In this document: piece after piece, positions 46,672-60,672 of the stretch
Layout of the letters: the number at the start of each line of letters is the position of its first letter
Position numbering within the stretch: position 1 is the stretch's first letter
Origin: Trypethelium eluteriae
Taxonomy: Eukaryota
Assembly: GCA_051942245.1 (NCBI GenBank)
Contig: JAVECL010000046.1
Location: 1 to 64,000, forward strand
Direction: 5' to 3'
Length of the DNA: 64,000 bases
Translations under genes and position numbers: made by a program
Notes under the pieces: model-generated
What the model was told of the DNA's origin: nothing
Database searches by the model: none
The model's input: the letters and a program-made list of their open reading frames with translations, nothing else

Positions 46672-47248
46672 GTTACAAGCAGATTTTTCGGACAATTAGA
46701 GCATTATCAGGGACTGGCCTGTTGTTAGAAAAAGACAGCAATTATATACACGAACAGGAGAGGCAGTAAAGGTGGGCGTGAAAAAGGAAGGAGAAAAGTC
46801 GAGGCTTCCAGTATCGAGATCGAAATCTCCTATTCTGTCAATCTATCGCACGGTTGCCATTGCCGAATCGGGCAGGGTTCCCTCCACAACACCTCTCTTC
46901 CACTTGCAATCCGCCTTTCCCTTACAACCGTCAGCTTCAGATTTCACGCGTCGACTGCATCTAATTATCGACTGGTGTGCCAGGGGAAATTTTGGCGTGG
47001 CCGGGGGGGCTGCATCCTGTGATGCTAGGGGACGTGATGTCACTGCAACAGCGCGGGGCCAATGTCGATGCCTCCCCGCAATCCTTTGGTCAGTTTGTGG
47101 ACCAGCCTTTGGATATGGGATGATGCTCCTAACCATGGATATGTATATATAATATGATATCTCAATGCCAGGCTTCGTAGACTGGGCGAACCTTAGTGCC
47201 GCCTACCTGGATAGGTTAGAGCCTCTGTATACCCCCTTTGTTGACAGG

Positions 47249-49813
47249 ATGCGTCCATTATTTTACTCCTTTCTATTTGTCTCATATACGCTGGGGACGG
47301 GGACGTCATATCATGAAAATACAGGCGTGCTGCAATATGTGAATCCCAAAATTGGGACGTTCGGTTACAGCCCCAATGGAAATGGAGGCATGATTCCATC
47401 TGTGTCGGTGCCTTTTGGCATGACACGATGGACCCCACAAACAAGGGAGAACTTCATCTCGCAGTGCCCATACCACGATGCAGACCAGTATATCCATGGG
47501 TTTCAAGCAACTCATCAGCCGGCGATATGGATGGGAGAGTCTGGCCAGGTGGTCCTAACTCCAGGTGTGGGTAAAGTCCAGACACTCTTTGAACAAAGGG
47601 CACACAAAATGGATAAGGCGAATGAGATTAGTACACCGTACATCTACGAGGTGACTATTGATTCCCAAGCGGTCGAGGCCGACGCGAACCTTACAGAAAG
47701 CATATATTCGCCGGTTCCCGGAGGAGCACAACCCGTTCCGGATGATGTGAGAGAGGGAGCGAACGGGCGGACCAGAAGGGCACTGCCTGAGCAGCCAAGG
47801 CCTACAAATCCAGCGAGTAACAGCGGTCAGATCCTGTATGGGGACGAAGGTGGTGGTTCAATCAAGGTGACTATCTCTCCACTCCCAGGCCAAGCACCCC
47901 CCAGCTGACTAGAGCTCTAGGTAGCCTTGACTGCGACATCACACGTTGGCCATTTGCGATTCGACTTCCTTCAAAACGTCACGTCTTCTTATCCCTCTCA
48001 AAGTCCATCCAAAGAACCGTATGTATATGTGCAAGCAACCCGTGCAAACTGGACTGGCCATGTTGAGATCAATCCCTCTACCCAAGAGCTATCAGGCACC
48101 AATCCGCAAAGGCAGGATTATGCCCTTGGCCCCTCGCGCGCACCGTCGTTTAGCGGGTACTTTGTCTCTCGTTTCTCAGAACCATTTTCTTCATTTGGCG
48201 TAGCCCAGGCAGGCCGAATCCGCTCAGGCGTCACAGTTGCGAATGGCACTCAGATTGGAGCGTTTGTAACTTTTTCTAATAGCACAAAACGTGTTGAAGT
48301 ACGCACAGGTGTTTCTTTTGTAAGCATTGAGCAAGCACGGAGGAATTTGGAGGTTGAGGCGCCCCCCAACACTACATTCGATGCAGTTGTCGAAGAAGTA
48401 AAGGAGGCGTGGTTGGAGAAGCTGGGCAGAGTAACCATTGAAGGAGTGAACCAAACATCCTCCAGCCATGATCCTCGGACCATATGGTATACTGGCCTAT
48501 TCCACGCACTTCAGTACCCATCAGATTTCTCAGAGCCGACCGAAAGTAAGACTGAGGGTCTCCGCACGTTCTATAGTGGTTATACCGATTCGATTCATGA
48601 GGCGGAGGATTCGTATTTTCAATCCTTCTCCATCTGGGACACTTTTCGAGCTGAACATAGCCTACTCACTCTCTTTGCCCCAGAAAGGGTCAATAGTATT
48701 ATGAGGTCTCTCGTGCAAATATTCAGCTGGTCCGGCCGCTTGCCGATGTGGGCTAATGTCGTGGAGACAAACATCATGATTGGCACTCACGTTGACGCCG
48801 TCTTGGCCAACGCTCTTGTCAGAGGCTTCCATGGATTTGACATCGCTCAAGCCTGGGCTGGTGTCAAGAAAAATGCCTTTGACCCTCCGGACCAAGACTC
48901 CCAGCTCCTCTATTACGACCGAGAACCGTATACTCCTGACGAGGTCCGCGCTGGTCTCACCTCCTACATGCAGCCAGGAGGAGGCTATGTCCCCAATGAT
49001 AGATGGGCCGAAAGCGCTTCGCGAACCCTCGACTATGCCTTTGATGACTTCGCGGCCTCCGTTGTGGCTGCCCATGCCGGCGGCAACGCAACCGCAGCTG
49101 GGCTTCTTGCGCGAGCTCAAAACTATCACAATATCTACAATGCCAATACAACCTTTATGGAAGCCAGAAATGCAAACGGCACCTGGGCGGGGTCTGATCA
49201 GGGCTGGACCGAAGGCGACGACTGGGTCTACACTTTCGACGTGATGCACGACCCCGATGGTCTGGCCAGCATGATGGGCGGCGCCGCAAACCTTAAATCC
49301 AAACTCGACGCGCACTTCAACGGAGGTCATAACGATCAGACAAATGAGCCGTCGCATCACGTCCCTTACCTTTACGCAGCAATCGGGTACCCGGCTAACA
49401 CGCAGAACCTAACAAGGAAAATTGCCTGGGAAAATTATAACGCGACGTCGGCGGGTCTGGGCGGAAACGAAGATCTGGGGCAGATGAGCGCGTGGTACAT
49501 CTTCTCAGCACTTGGTTTCTACCCCGTAAATCCTGCTACGGATGAGTACGTTGTCGGGGCGCCTTTTTTTGAGACAGTGACACTGCGGTTTCCGGCTGGT
49601 GCAGCAACTGGGGGCGTTGTGAGCGTTGAGCAAGATGAGCTCACTTTAGTAATTAGCGCACCGGATGCGCCGAAGAAGCCCTTCGTAAAGAGTTTGAAAG
49701 TGGATGGGAGGAATGTGGAGAAGCCGATTCTAACCCATGGGGAGATTGTAGGAGCTGGGAGGATCGAGTTCGAGATGGCGGATACGCCACAGGACTGGGG
49801 AACACTCAATTAG
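47249..49813 (+). CDS. Secreted glycoside hydrolase family 92 alpha-mannosidase (~836 aa, 2 exons)
   Basis: Start at 47249 gives a signal peptide (an upstream in-frame ATG exists at 47165). Intron 47867-47920. Motifs PFGMTRWTPQ, HQPAIWMGE, SIWDTFRA, SRTLDYAFDD, GWTEG, NEPSHH, GNEDLGQMSAW. Confidence 0.93.
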
Positions 49814-50619
49814 CAGACGAGACCACCAGACAGGAATTTTCGATGCTGACCCATGGCCATGCTTCTTGTAGAACCGACCTAATTTTTGTTTCCTTCATTG
49901 TACCCCTTTCACAGTGTGAGAGTACTCTAGCCGGTGAAGTCCCACGGCACTTTCCGTGCTTACGGTCACACCAACTCAACTTTTGCCCTTTACAGCAACT
50001 CATCGGGTCTGGACGGCAGATTTGAAGCCGCAGCTGAAGGCAGGTAAGCATTTATGGAAGCGGAATGAAAGCCACGTGCCTTGGAAAGAGGTGTTTCACG
50101 CACCTACGTTGTACCGCGTGCCTCGCAGTTCCTACCATAAGCCGCATTTAACAGCACGGAAGGCGCACAACGTCATCTCTGCTCAGCCATACTACCCATC
50201 AACTATGCAACCACCAACAAAGGCAAGTCGTCCGCTCCGACATATCTGACTTTTTATGACACATACTATCCCAAATGTATGCAGCGGTGAGCTTGGCCTC
50301 CCGAACTCATTGCCCTATCCTGGGAACTGTGGAGCGCGATGAGCCAGGGGTAAGGCAGCAGCTGTCCTCGGAAATGAGATGGCTTGATTCGAGGCCAAGG
50401 CGAATAAGGCGGCAACGTCCACAGTGACAAAACAAAAGGCATGTCATTAAAAATCTGGAGTTCCAATTCAGAAATAACAATTTCACAGCCAAAGATAGAA
50501 ACACAGCTAACGAGCGTCCGTCTAGTCGCGAACGCTAGACCTCAACCTTTTCTTGACTTAGCAAAGTACAACCTTAACAATACACTCAGATCCCCTAAAT
50601 GTTTCAAAAGCAGCCCACT

Positions 50620-51406
50620 CTAGGAAGTTCCCGATTCGCACGCCGTAACCGTGGTCGTAGAGTAAGCATCGTAGACGGTCTTAATGCCGCCCGTGCAGAC
50701 CTACACATCGCGCCACGCATTAGCTTCTGAACTTTCCCTGACACTCCCCAGCATTGTGGATCAAAAGGATAAATGAACAAACTACAGCATCAACTTCAAC
50801 GAAACAATGTGAAAAAAGCACTTACAGGACCCACCCCTCCAGGAGGCAAGGTCGTCGTCGTCAATACGCAACCCTGGCAGTCAATGGAAGTCGTCGCCGT
50901 GTGCGCCGCGCTCACTCGCGTGCAGGCAATTCCGCCGCGGGTCGTGATCGTCGACGTGCATGGCTCAATCGGCCCGCCAGGATTGCTCAATGGCGAGGTC
51001 GTAAGGCTCCGGGGCGGGTAGGAAGTGACGGTCTGAATGGGGCCGCCGGGCTGGATTGATGGGGCGCAAGTCGTCACGGTGGTGGTGCCCGGGTTGATCT
51101 TGGTAGATAGACAGGCCTAGGTTCGGTTTTGTGAATACGGTGGCTGGTAGGGAAGCTTGATGGGTGAAGAATGGAAAGAGGGCAAGGCAGAAGGAGTGGG
51201 AGAGAGCAACTCACGATCTCGCAAATGGGACCGATGGCTGTCTCTAGGGCGCAGCCGTGGCAGTCAATCGTTGCAGTCGCGGTATGAGCGCTTCTAGGCG
51301 GGCAGCAGCCGCCAGGCTCGCGGATGATGGAGGTGCAGGTTGCATAGTCTTGGGCGAAGCCAAGGGAGGCGATAGATAGGAGAAGGACGGTAGTCTTCAT
51401 CATCAT
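50620..51406 (-). CDS. Small secreted Cys/Thr-rich protein with two repeated modules (~187 aa, 3 exons)
   Basis: Exons 51406-51215, 51116-50826 and 50700-50620 with phase-0 canonical introns. Signal peptide MKTTVLLLSIASLGFA; AHTAT..IDCxGCxL occurs twice. Confidence 0.8.
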
Positions 51407-52060
51407 GATTCTCTAACAATGAGGTCTCGATGCTGGGAAGAAAGTATTGGAGAGGCTGAGGGATAGGGAGAGCTTGAGAGCCCACCTTCGGACCCTTTTA
51501 TACATCTGTGTTTTGTCCACGGACCTACGCGAGGACGGTCAAGACTCTGCTATTTACGAGGTTACGTCTCTCATCTTTTGGAAATGGGAGCGTGGTCGCC
51601 GTTCTATGCTGCCTAACAGCGGGATATTCGAGAGACAAAACTGCCGCGTTAATTGGGCTGTCAGCCACAGGTGAGATCAGGGTGATTGTGTCTCGCATCC
51701 CGTCAGCAACATATTATTGGACCCTCCCGAGGGCGCAATTGCCATTTCTAAAAAGGCAATCTAGGCGATCTATGGGGCCAGTAGAAGCTGAAGGTCGCTG
51801 TGGGTCAGCGCAACTATGCCCAGGACCGAAGTAGAAACGCCACAGTTCATATAGCTGCTGTGAAAATGACATGACCCTCCAGTCATTACCATCTCCGTCG
51901 AAGGAGAACGGTATAACGCCTACGGGAGCTGACGGCAGCTTGCAGTTGACTGGACTGAATGGCTCGAAGGGTAGCGAGGACACTGCCACTGCGTATTGCC
52001 TAGCGGGAGAGTAACGGATATGTGAACAATGGATCAATATGCATTTCTAATTTTTCTTAT

Positions 52061-54385
52061 CTAATGAAATCTGTTTCGGTCCGCAAACTGGGTATTTTCG
52101 AGATAGACTTCGATCTAGTGTGAGGAAATTTTTTTTTAGCAATCCAGATATTCGAAACGCGCAAATGTGGGTTCTCACCTTTCTATTCATCTTCTTGTCC
52201 ACGTCTTTACAACAAGCGCACGCGATGAGTCCTGCGATACCGAATGCCATAGAAGTCATCGCCACGACGCTGGAAAGTAGATCAGGTTAGCGATATATCC
52301 AACACTTGGACATTTCCACTGATGATAACCTACAAAATGGCTCTGCAGTATGAATCATTGATGGCTGGGGTCACAGCTTCTACGACTGACGGGCTGAATG
52401 ATGTCGCCAGCGTGGAACCGCTGATCGCTTTGAAAAGGTCCGGCAGCTTGGTGGTTGGGACACCAGCCGCTGCCGCTGCGGGGGGGACACGCTTCTGGAG
52501 TTCGCTTGCAAGGGTATTGTCGAGGACCGTGGTGTAAACCGCCGTGCCAACTGAAAGTCTGTTAGGGCCCTAAAATGTCCTAAAGTCGACATCGAGGGGT
52601 AAGACTTACTCGCACCGGCGGCAAAGCGGAAAGTTCCAGAGATTCCTCCAGCGATACCGAGATCCTTATGCTGCACTCCCATCTGTGTAATGGCGATTGC
52701 AAGATAGATTGCATACCCGAATCCCATTTGTGAAAGAAAGACAAACGCGATCATTGTTGACTTGTTGTACGGCGTGACAAGCCCCAATAAAGATCCAAAC
52801 AGGACCATGACGAAGGACGAACCGGTCAATTGCCACTGCCAATGTCTGATTTTGCTTCCAAAAAAGGTTAACAGCATGGCACCAGTGGTGATAGCAAATC
52901 CTTGAGGTAGTGAGAGAGCAACAGCGTATTTCCAGTCAGTACCGCCATTCGTATAAAAGACTGTGATCATAGTAGGCCAGATGATGCTGCTTGAGTAGTA
53001 GAACATATTGACAACACCTAGTGCAATCGCCGGAGCAGTGAAATCTCGACCCCATGATGAAACGAAAATGTGCCGAGGGGTAATTGGGTGTTTAGGCACA
53101 AAGGTTTCCCAGAGTGCAAAGACAACCAGGAAGAAAAATCCTATCACAAGAGGTGCGACTACGTGGGCGTCGGATGAAGGATAGACTCCGGCCCAGACGA
53201 TACCCATAAGGACTGGAACTGCGCCGATCGCAAAAAGCAACATGCCTAGAAGACTTTATTAGGCTTTCCCAGATCCGTGGAATCCATATACTTACCGACA
53301 TAATCAAGCTCCTTGAGAGTTTGCGGGATGGATATGCCAGCACTGCGACCACCGTCAGAATATTTCACAATCGAAACCTTCAAGAAACTTACGGATGGGC
53401 CGGTGGGAAATAGAAGAACAAAAGTCCGAGGAATGACAGAAATTGGAGGATAGTCATGGACCAATAATTCCATTGCCAGGTACCGAATTCGAGTCCATAT
53501 CTGGCAGTGACAGGAGCCACAATGACGGTAATATAGATTACGGAGTCGGCAAAGACAACGCCAATGTGTCGCCATTTGTTAGGAAGAAGTTCAGGTAGTG
53601 CGAAAGCCGCCATCTGCCACATATTAGTCACAATCTAGACGGCATCTCGCAATTGATACTGACCTGGCACAAAGCTCCGCCAAAGCCTATAATAACCATT
53701 CCAGCAGTAATCTGATTGCTGGTCTTCGCAGATGCTACGACAATGTGGCCCACGGTCGTGATCTGGAAAAAATTATTAGCATGATCTTTGCCATTTTCTC
53801 TTGTCCTTGGTATTTATCATACAAGGTTCCCTATCACTAAAAACCAGCGGCGACCAAGGAGATCGGAATTGGGCCCGCTGTTGCCGCGGTCAGTGGACAG
53901 TCTCGCAAACAGACCGCGCAGGTGTACTTACAACCACAGAAAGGAGACTGTGATGGCAATCGTCCATGCCTAGGTGTGACTCTGTCAATTGATTGTTTCG
54001 GAGCTGTCGAATTGGTTTATTTACCGGAATATACCACACATAGCTACTGGGGTCGCCTAGCTCGGCAGACACTTGGCTTCCAATGGCTGCCATGACGGGA
54101 ACAGCCCAAAAGGAAAGGCCATAACCAAGAGACAAGATCTGGTTGAATGGTTAGCATATCTGCGAGGCCAAGAATATTCACCTCAAAATTGGCACTTACC
54201 AAGCAGACAATCCACGTCTTGAGCGTGACTACTGGCTCGAACTCCTCAGACAGTTTGTCCGTTTCCACACTCCTTTCCACATCATCAGAACCATTCTCTC
54301 CAGATTCGCGAGACACCGGAAGTTGCGCCTGCTCCGTCTCTGTCATAATCATCTTATCGTCACCCGCGAATTCATCGATAGCCAT
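52061..54385 (-). CDS. MFS transporter, TRI12 / siderophore-iron-transporter-like family (multi-exon)
   Basis: Exon fragments contain NSDLLGRRWF, ELLPNKWRH, WQWNY, FFYFPPAHP, LVVFALWE, and the terminal IEVYLEN...FH*. Multiple TM segments; not every intron was frame-checked. Confidence 0.88.
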
Positions 54386-55696
54386 GTTGCTTCAATGCTG
54401 ACCCACTGTGGAGGATAGGTTTCGGGCCGGCAATTGCGCAATGAAGACGCAACGAGATGATGCAAATGTAAGAATGTAAAGTGAAGGGTTCTTAGGGAAA
54501 TAACGACGACCACGAGGGAAAAAAATTAATTAATCCCAGATCGCCACGAGGTGAAAGGATCCCACCGGGACGCGACTTCCTCAAAGAATCAGACGCAGCG
54601 CCGCAGCACCTCAGTCCCAAACACCACCAACCTACCCACCAAGCTTCCCCGGCTACAACTGCTGCTTTTCCACCCCATCCCCATGACTCCGCCATCACTG
54701 CCGATATTATCGGAGGAAAGATGGCGTTTCTTGAGGGGCTCAAGCAGGCATGATTGGCACAGACTACGGCGATGGAGAGCATTAGGCAAGAAAGGCGAGC
54801 TCTCATAGCAATGCATTGAGTTCTGACGGCGTGGCTTCCTGACTCGGGCCGGGCTCCTTCCTTGACTCGCCTCGAAGGTTGCGGCACTGGACTACTAGGG
54901 ACACCCACTGTTGACAAGCGGGAGCGGGCTTAGCGGGACGGGAATAAAGCCTAACTGGGCATTCTGAGGAGGGGTGTGATGCGACGAATAAGAATAGTGG
55001 TCTGAAGGGTGAGGATCTAAATTATAAGAGACAGTGCGGTCAGGGAGTGGAGGGTTCTGGATCGGCGGGCAAGAAAGTCAATTTCGGAGGTGCGGTCATG
55101 AACGGACTCGCTAGATTTTGAGCGGCGCAGAACGCCAGGGACGGCCCTGACTGGTAATCCCGGCAGCCGCATGCTTTAGCTGCGGATCCCACATGTGTTC
55201 GGCCGTCCGGCTAGGATCCGGTCGGGAGAGCAGTCCTTGCAAAAGGTGCATGCGCTGCAATGCTACCTGCAGCTGTCAAATCCGTACAATCGGAAGTCGA
55301 GACGTACCAGTATCGGGCCAATTGCATTGCATATATATTATGAAGACTTGGACCTCCTTGTCGGCGCGTCCGAAAACACCCTTCTTGACGTCAAGGGAAG
55401 AAATGGAGTTGCTGAGATAGCTATAGACAACGTTCCCAGTCTGGCACTAAAACGGCCTTAGACATAGCCGGTCTCTTGATCTACAAGGGTGCTATGCAGA
55501 TCGCTAGCCTTAAGTGTACGACCCTCAGGCTTACCAAGCGCAATGATAACTAGTTTGCAGACCATAGACACCGTAACAGATTTGCCGTTCGGCTATCCGA
55601 AAAGTAGCGAACCAAAGTTCAAAGTATCGGATTTCTCCATACCTCTAGTGCTTCATCAGACTTCATCTGTGTCATCATGCAGCGTGAGCATTCCAA

Positions 55697-57337
55697 TTAG
55701 ACCCGGTTGTGTGCGTCCTCACTTGAGACGGTGTATTCTTGCGTGACAAAGATGTCCCTCGGGTCGTCGCTCATTTTACTCTCATGTCCATGCTGAATGA
55801 TAATTTGTTCGTCGCTTGCACCAGAACTAAGTCTCTGCGTACCTTTCGGATGTCGTCGCCACCCCACCGAGCCGAGTTCAAAGTGCTTGTCGCTATCATC
55901 TTTGTTAGACGCTGTAGACGACTCGCCGCCGCTGCCCGAGAATTTCTTGCCATAGGCTTGACTGCCCCCAGGCGTTCTATTCCTCGATCCATTTCGTGTC
56001 GACTGAAACCAGGTAGTGTTGTTGAAGAGTGGTTTAATTCCAGGCAGGCAGACGACAATAGTAGCGACGAATTCTTCTCGATTGGCCCAGCCCAGGGCGA
56101 TGGGAAGATCAGAGATAGATCGGAGGGAGTAATAGGCACGAAGTATCGTAGCAATCATGACAAATATGCCAGACCCAAACATTGCTCCAAGGATAAGCTT
56201 GTGACGAACTGGCACCTTCACCTTGAAGAGGAGGGGCATTGGGATAAGCATTACTCCAAAATCAGTCCTATTCAAGGTTTGATCAGTGTTCCGACTTCTT
56301 AAAAACATCCAGCCAGCGGTTTGTCAGCGGATTGCAGAGTGGCTACCTACAAGGCATTAAGTGTTGCAATTACGACGTAATTAGGTGGACGGACAGTGCA
56401 GTTATCTTCGGAAGATGTCAGCCGCGAAAATGACAAGATATGCAATGTGCATGCGGGAAATCTCACCCCCCGGATATGGCTTGATCTGCCAGCTGTGTGA
56501 CGGTGGCAAGCAAATGCAGACATGTGTCAATACGCACGCAAGCCAAGTGCAAACCGTGAAAGCACTCATGCCCATGACGAGTCGCTCCTGCTGCCAAACT
56601 CCGGATCTAGATGCCCAATGTTAATTGCGCTCGGTCAATATCAAAACGGGAGCGGATCGTACCCCATCTTAGCGTACAGACTCAAGAGGACTCCTTTCAA
56701 ACACCAAATGAAGCAAAGATACCAGATCCAGTTCATGAATGCCAACTTGGAACCCAAGACCAGGCTTGGGATTTTGCTCTCGGGTACTTCCATGGCGGTC
56801 TGATCATTCAAGCCGATGTTGTTGCCGTATTTCTCTGTCATATCAAAAATGAGTCATGTATTCTAAACATTGTAGGCCACCATTCCCTTCCGAAGGGCCT
56901 ATGGTGAGGGTTGAAAAGGCAACATGCTGGGGCTACATTCGTCGCGATGACCATGATATGGTGTAGATTTCGCAGAACGGCACAAACTCAAAGCCAGACG
57001 GGAAAATAAGAAATGTGCAGAAAAATGGAAGTAGTTGCAACAAGTTGGAAGTCTTCCGGGTGTCCGAGAAAAGGCAGGAAGGTGTACCTACCGAGTAGAT
57101 AGATCCCGGCTGTTGTAAGTGAATAGAAGATCTAGACCACAATGTCAGATACTTCGATATTTGGAACCAGAGCTTGTTTCGGTGGACGGCGCTTACCATG
57201 GCCAGCCCAGCAAACAGGTCACCCAGCCCAAGGTTGCGGATACCAGCAACCTTAACTCGAGCATAGAAGCGAAGAAGCAAGAAGCTCATAGCAACGGCAT
57301 ACTCGCCGAAGGTCTCCCCAAGCAATGAATAGGCCAT
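55697..57337 (-). CDS. Pth11-like (fungal rhodopsin-domain) integral membrane protein without CFEM
   Basis: Six exons join in frame. LLRFYAR...LGLGD, WCLKGVLLSLY, CLPPSHSWQIKPYPGDNC, LNALTDFGVMLIPMPLL, GIFVMIATILR, REEFVATIVVCLPGIKPL; Ser-rich tail. Confidence 0.85.
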
Positions 57338-59498
57338 GGTGGACGAAGAATCTTCTCGGCCTGAGAGACTGGTTTCGAACGGAGGGTAGAGAGGTAACGA
57401 AGAGCGAAATCAAAGGGAGAGGATCTAGGGATTAAATTTTAACATGCCCCCTGTAACGACTGACAGGTCCCTCAATCCACGATTTTCACGGAGTTGAGAG
57501 ACCCAAGAAAGATTGGCGGCAGTGGGATGCATCCTTAGTGCATGGAGAAAGCTACATCTCTTACCCAAAGCGTCGAACTTCCAAAGGGTCCTTTCCCTAT
57601 GGAATCGGGAAGGCTCGTGGGAGCGGTTGTCAATCCAGGTTCCTGACGATAATTGGGAATGATTTGCACCTGGTCTGAGCCATAGTGATAGCTGTCACAC
57701 CTCCTCGCATCGCTATGCCGGGTGAAATCCCTTCAATGCCGGTGTTTGCGGGATAGAAAAGATACCAGGATACCAGGATACCTGGCTTGGACGTTGAAGC
57801 TGTTTAGGGTTGCGGAACGTGCACAACTTCGCTACTGGATGACGTTGACCCAAGTACCCAGGCCCTTGACTTTCTTGACCCGATACCACGATCCGTGCAT
57901 ACACGACCTCATGATCTTGCGGGCTCGCCGAATGTAGCATCACGACGCTCAGCATTCCCGGACTTTGGGAAGATGAGATCAAGATTCAACATGGGAATTG
58001 CTGGTGCTGGGCCTTGGGTACTATTCAGATCTAAGTCTGTGGTAGATTCACAGAAGGCTATTATGGTAGATAACATCAAATATCCCAAATCGGTGGCATC
58101 TGATACATCTCTCCCTGCTTGGGAAGGGTCCGTCTCTCGGCGGAGAGCCTTGTTACTCACACAGAGCATTGCGCGGGAGACATGTGGAAATGCCCTTGTA
58201 TGAACAGGCTTCGCAGCACGAAGGCAGCGGGTGCGGAACAGAAGAGTTCAGAAGAAGGTGGCGTATGGAGCATGATGTGAAGTTCAGGACAGCGGCACTC
58301 TGCACAACCACGTCCGTTAGCGGGGCGCACGGGAGAGGCGTCGAATTGAAAACGCCCACCACGCCACCACGCCGTTAACGCTTGGCGGGTGTGGGGACGG
58401 GCCGGGGCTTGCCGGTCATCCACCGACGCGGTGGGTGCAGTGGACGCGGTCGCGGTGGACGCCGTAAATAAAGTTCTCATTAACCCGATTGGCTTCAGCC
58501 TCTCTACTAAAAATTTTCGCTGCGGTACTGGGAGGCGTCCTCTTCCTGGATTCCAAGCCGTCCCGTCTTATTTCCCAAGCTGGAAATGCGTGTACAGAGC
58601 ACTCTAGTAGCAGCAGCATAGCACCATAGAGTGCCTAGCAAGCTAGGCGTCCCGGGACTTCTAACGAGTCAAATGACATGTCTGCCGAAGGAGTCCACCG
58701 AGCATTTCGTCCGAAAAAAGTGGATATCAGCCCCTTCGGCTACATAACCAGCACTGCGCCACTGATTCAGAGCCTCAGAAAGATCGCCATTGGGTTTTGC
58801 GGAAGACCCTGACTCTGGTTGCTGAGGTTATGAACAAACTTGAGGCCATAATCTGCGCGTCCGGTTTGCCGAGGTCGCTGCCAAGAGGGCATTTGCAGAA
58901 GGATGCTACTAAACTACCACTACTTCTGCACCGTCGATTACCTAGCAGAATTTGAGCGTTCGCTTCCAGTTCCTTGGGTCTCCAATGAGATCCTTCGTGA
59001 GGCTAGTGTTAGAATCCGCTGTTATAGGTAGCCTCCGCTATGGTGCTATGGTGCTATGGTCGCCGGCAAGCATGCCACATGCAGGAACGTTGAAGCATTC
59101 ACAATTGCCTGAGTCGCGGTCGTGGCCAAGGTGTAAGGTCTCCGCTGCCCGACTCCACTTCTTGCCAACTTGAATCACGCCGGCCCCACGCCGGTGCAAC
59201 GGTAGTGACATCAGGCCTTGGTTTTACCGAGTTTGTCCCCAAGCAACGGCTGCGATGGAGATTGCTACTCAAACAGTCAGACCATCTGTTTAGCAAAAGA
59301 CGTCAACAGTTTCTTTTCCCTCGCGGCCACCCGGCTCCCGAATTGCTCCTTCCCTTGTGCACAACGTCAGCGGTTCTCGCAGACAATGGTCAGTCGTATT
59401 CGAGACTCCAATCTATACCATCACTGTCCTGGTATGCGGAATCGGAAATTTTGCAGTTGATGATCTTACACCCTGCTTGACTGCAGACCATACTCAAA

Positions 59499-60499
59499 AT
59501 GGTCGTCACGCAGAAAGTTGCGATCGTGACCGGAGCTACTGTGAGCTTGAATACCTCTCAATTCCTAGCCGTCTGCCCGCATTCAACGGTAGACTGATCA
59601 TGTGTATGGCTCGTACAGTCTGGAATGGGCATTGACCTCGCGAAGCACTTGTACGCCCAAGGATACAGGGTTGCCATTGTCGGTCGCAAGCAAGCAGCAG
59701 GCGACGCTGTGGTGCGAGAGATTGGGGACGACAATGCGCGCTTCTTTCCTGCCAATCTCGAGAATTATGCCAGTCAAGCTGCCATGTTCCAAGCCGTCTG
59801 GAATACCTGGGGTCGCATCGATGTGCTCTGTGCAAACGCTGGTATCGTGGACAAAAGCAGTGTATATATCTACAGTTGGCGTGAGAAGGGTGTGCACGAG
59901 ATTCCACCAGAACCGGATCTCCAGTGTACCGATATCGACTACAAAGGCGTCATCTACGGCACCCAACTCGCGACGCATTTCATGCGACATAACAAACCGC
60001 AACCAGGAGGTCGTATCGTGGTCAACGCAAGCATTGGAGCGTTATTCCCTCACCAGTCCTATCCGGAATATTGCGGCGCGAAAGCTGCGGTCGTCCAATT
60101 TGTAAGAGGCGTGGCTCCAATGTTGAAATCGAAGGAAAATATCTTCATCAATGTCGTAATGCCCGGGGCGGTCCAAACTCCAATCGTGCCTCCTGAAATG
60201 ATGGCAGCAGTGTCTGCAGAGTGGTATGTCTACTTCACTCAGTCGTTTGAGGAACTTACTAACATGATATCAACAGTGTGACCCCTATATCAACGGTGAT
60301 TGCTGCCCACGATAGGTTTCTTGAAGATGAAACGGGTGCTGCTGGTCAAGCACTGGAGGCATCTTCAGACCAACTCATATATTACGATCCGCCGGAAATG
60401 GGAAACGGCTACAAAACGAAACGGGCTGTCACGGTCTGGGAGCCGCTGTTCAAGATGATGCACGGTGAGAATTCGGAGATGCCGGATGCGATCCCATGA
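59499..60499 (+). CDS. Short-chain dehydrogenase/reductase (15-hydroxyprostaglandin dehydrogenase-like, ~289 aa)
   Basis: Exons 59499-59540, 59619-60223 and 60277-60499. TGATSGMG, ANAGI, NAS, YCGAK. Confidence 0.92.
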
Positions 60500-60672
60500 A
60501 ATGCTATTCGAAAATTGTTTGCTTCCTTCATTCTGCTGGCAATTGGAGTACTAAAGTGTGCATTGTAGTTCTGCATGACATTGCGGTTAGAGAAACGAAA
60601 GAATAACGACAGTCCACATACCATTTGTATTGGGCAATGAGCTAGGTAGTCCGCTGGCTCCTTAGGTAGAAC

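Noticed and set aside
56835..57091. 257-nt intron in the Pth11-like gene as an ncRNA host
   Set aside because: No convincing C/D or H/ACA box arrangement or stems were found.
57400..59450. GC-rich GACGCGGT/GTGGACGC repeats at ~58423-58464 and short ORFs in the divergent promoter
   Set aside because: Too short and degenerate to support a gene, tRNA or defined element.
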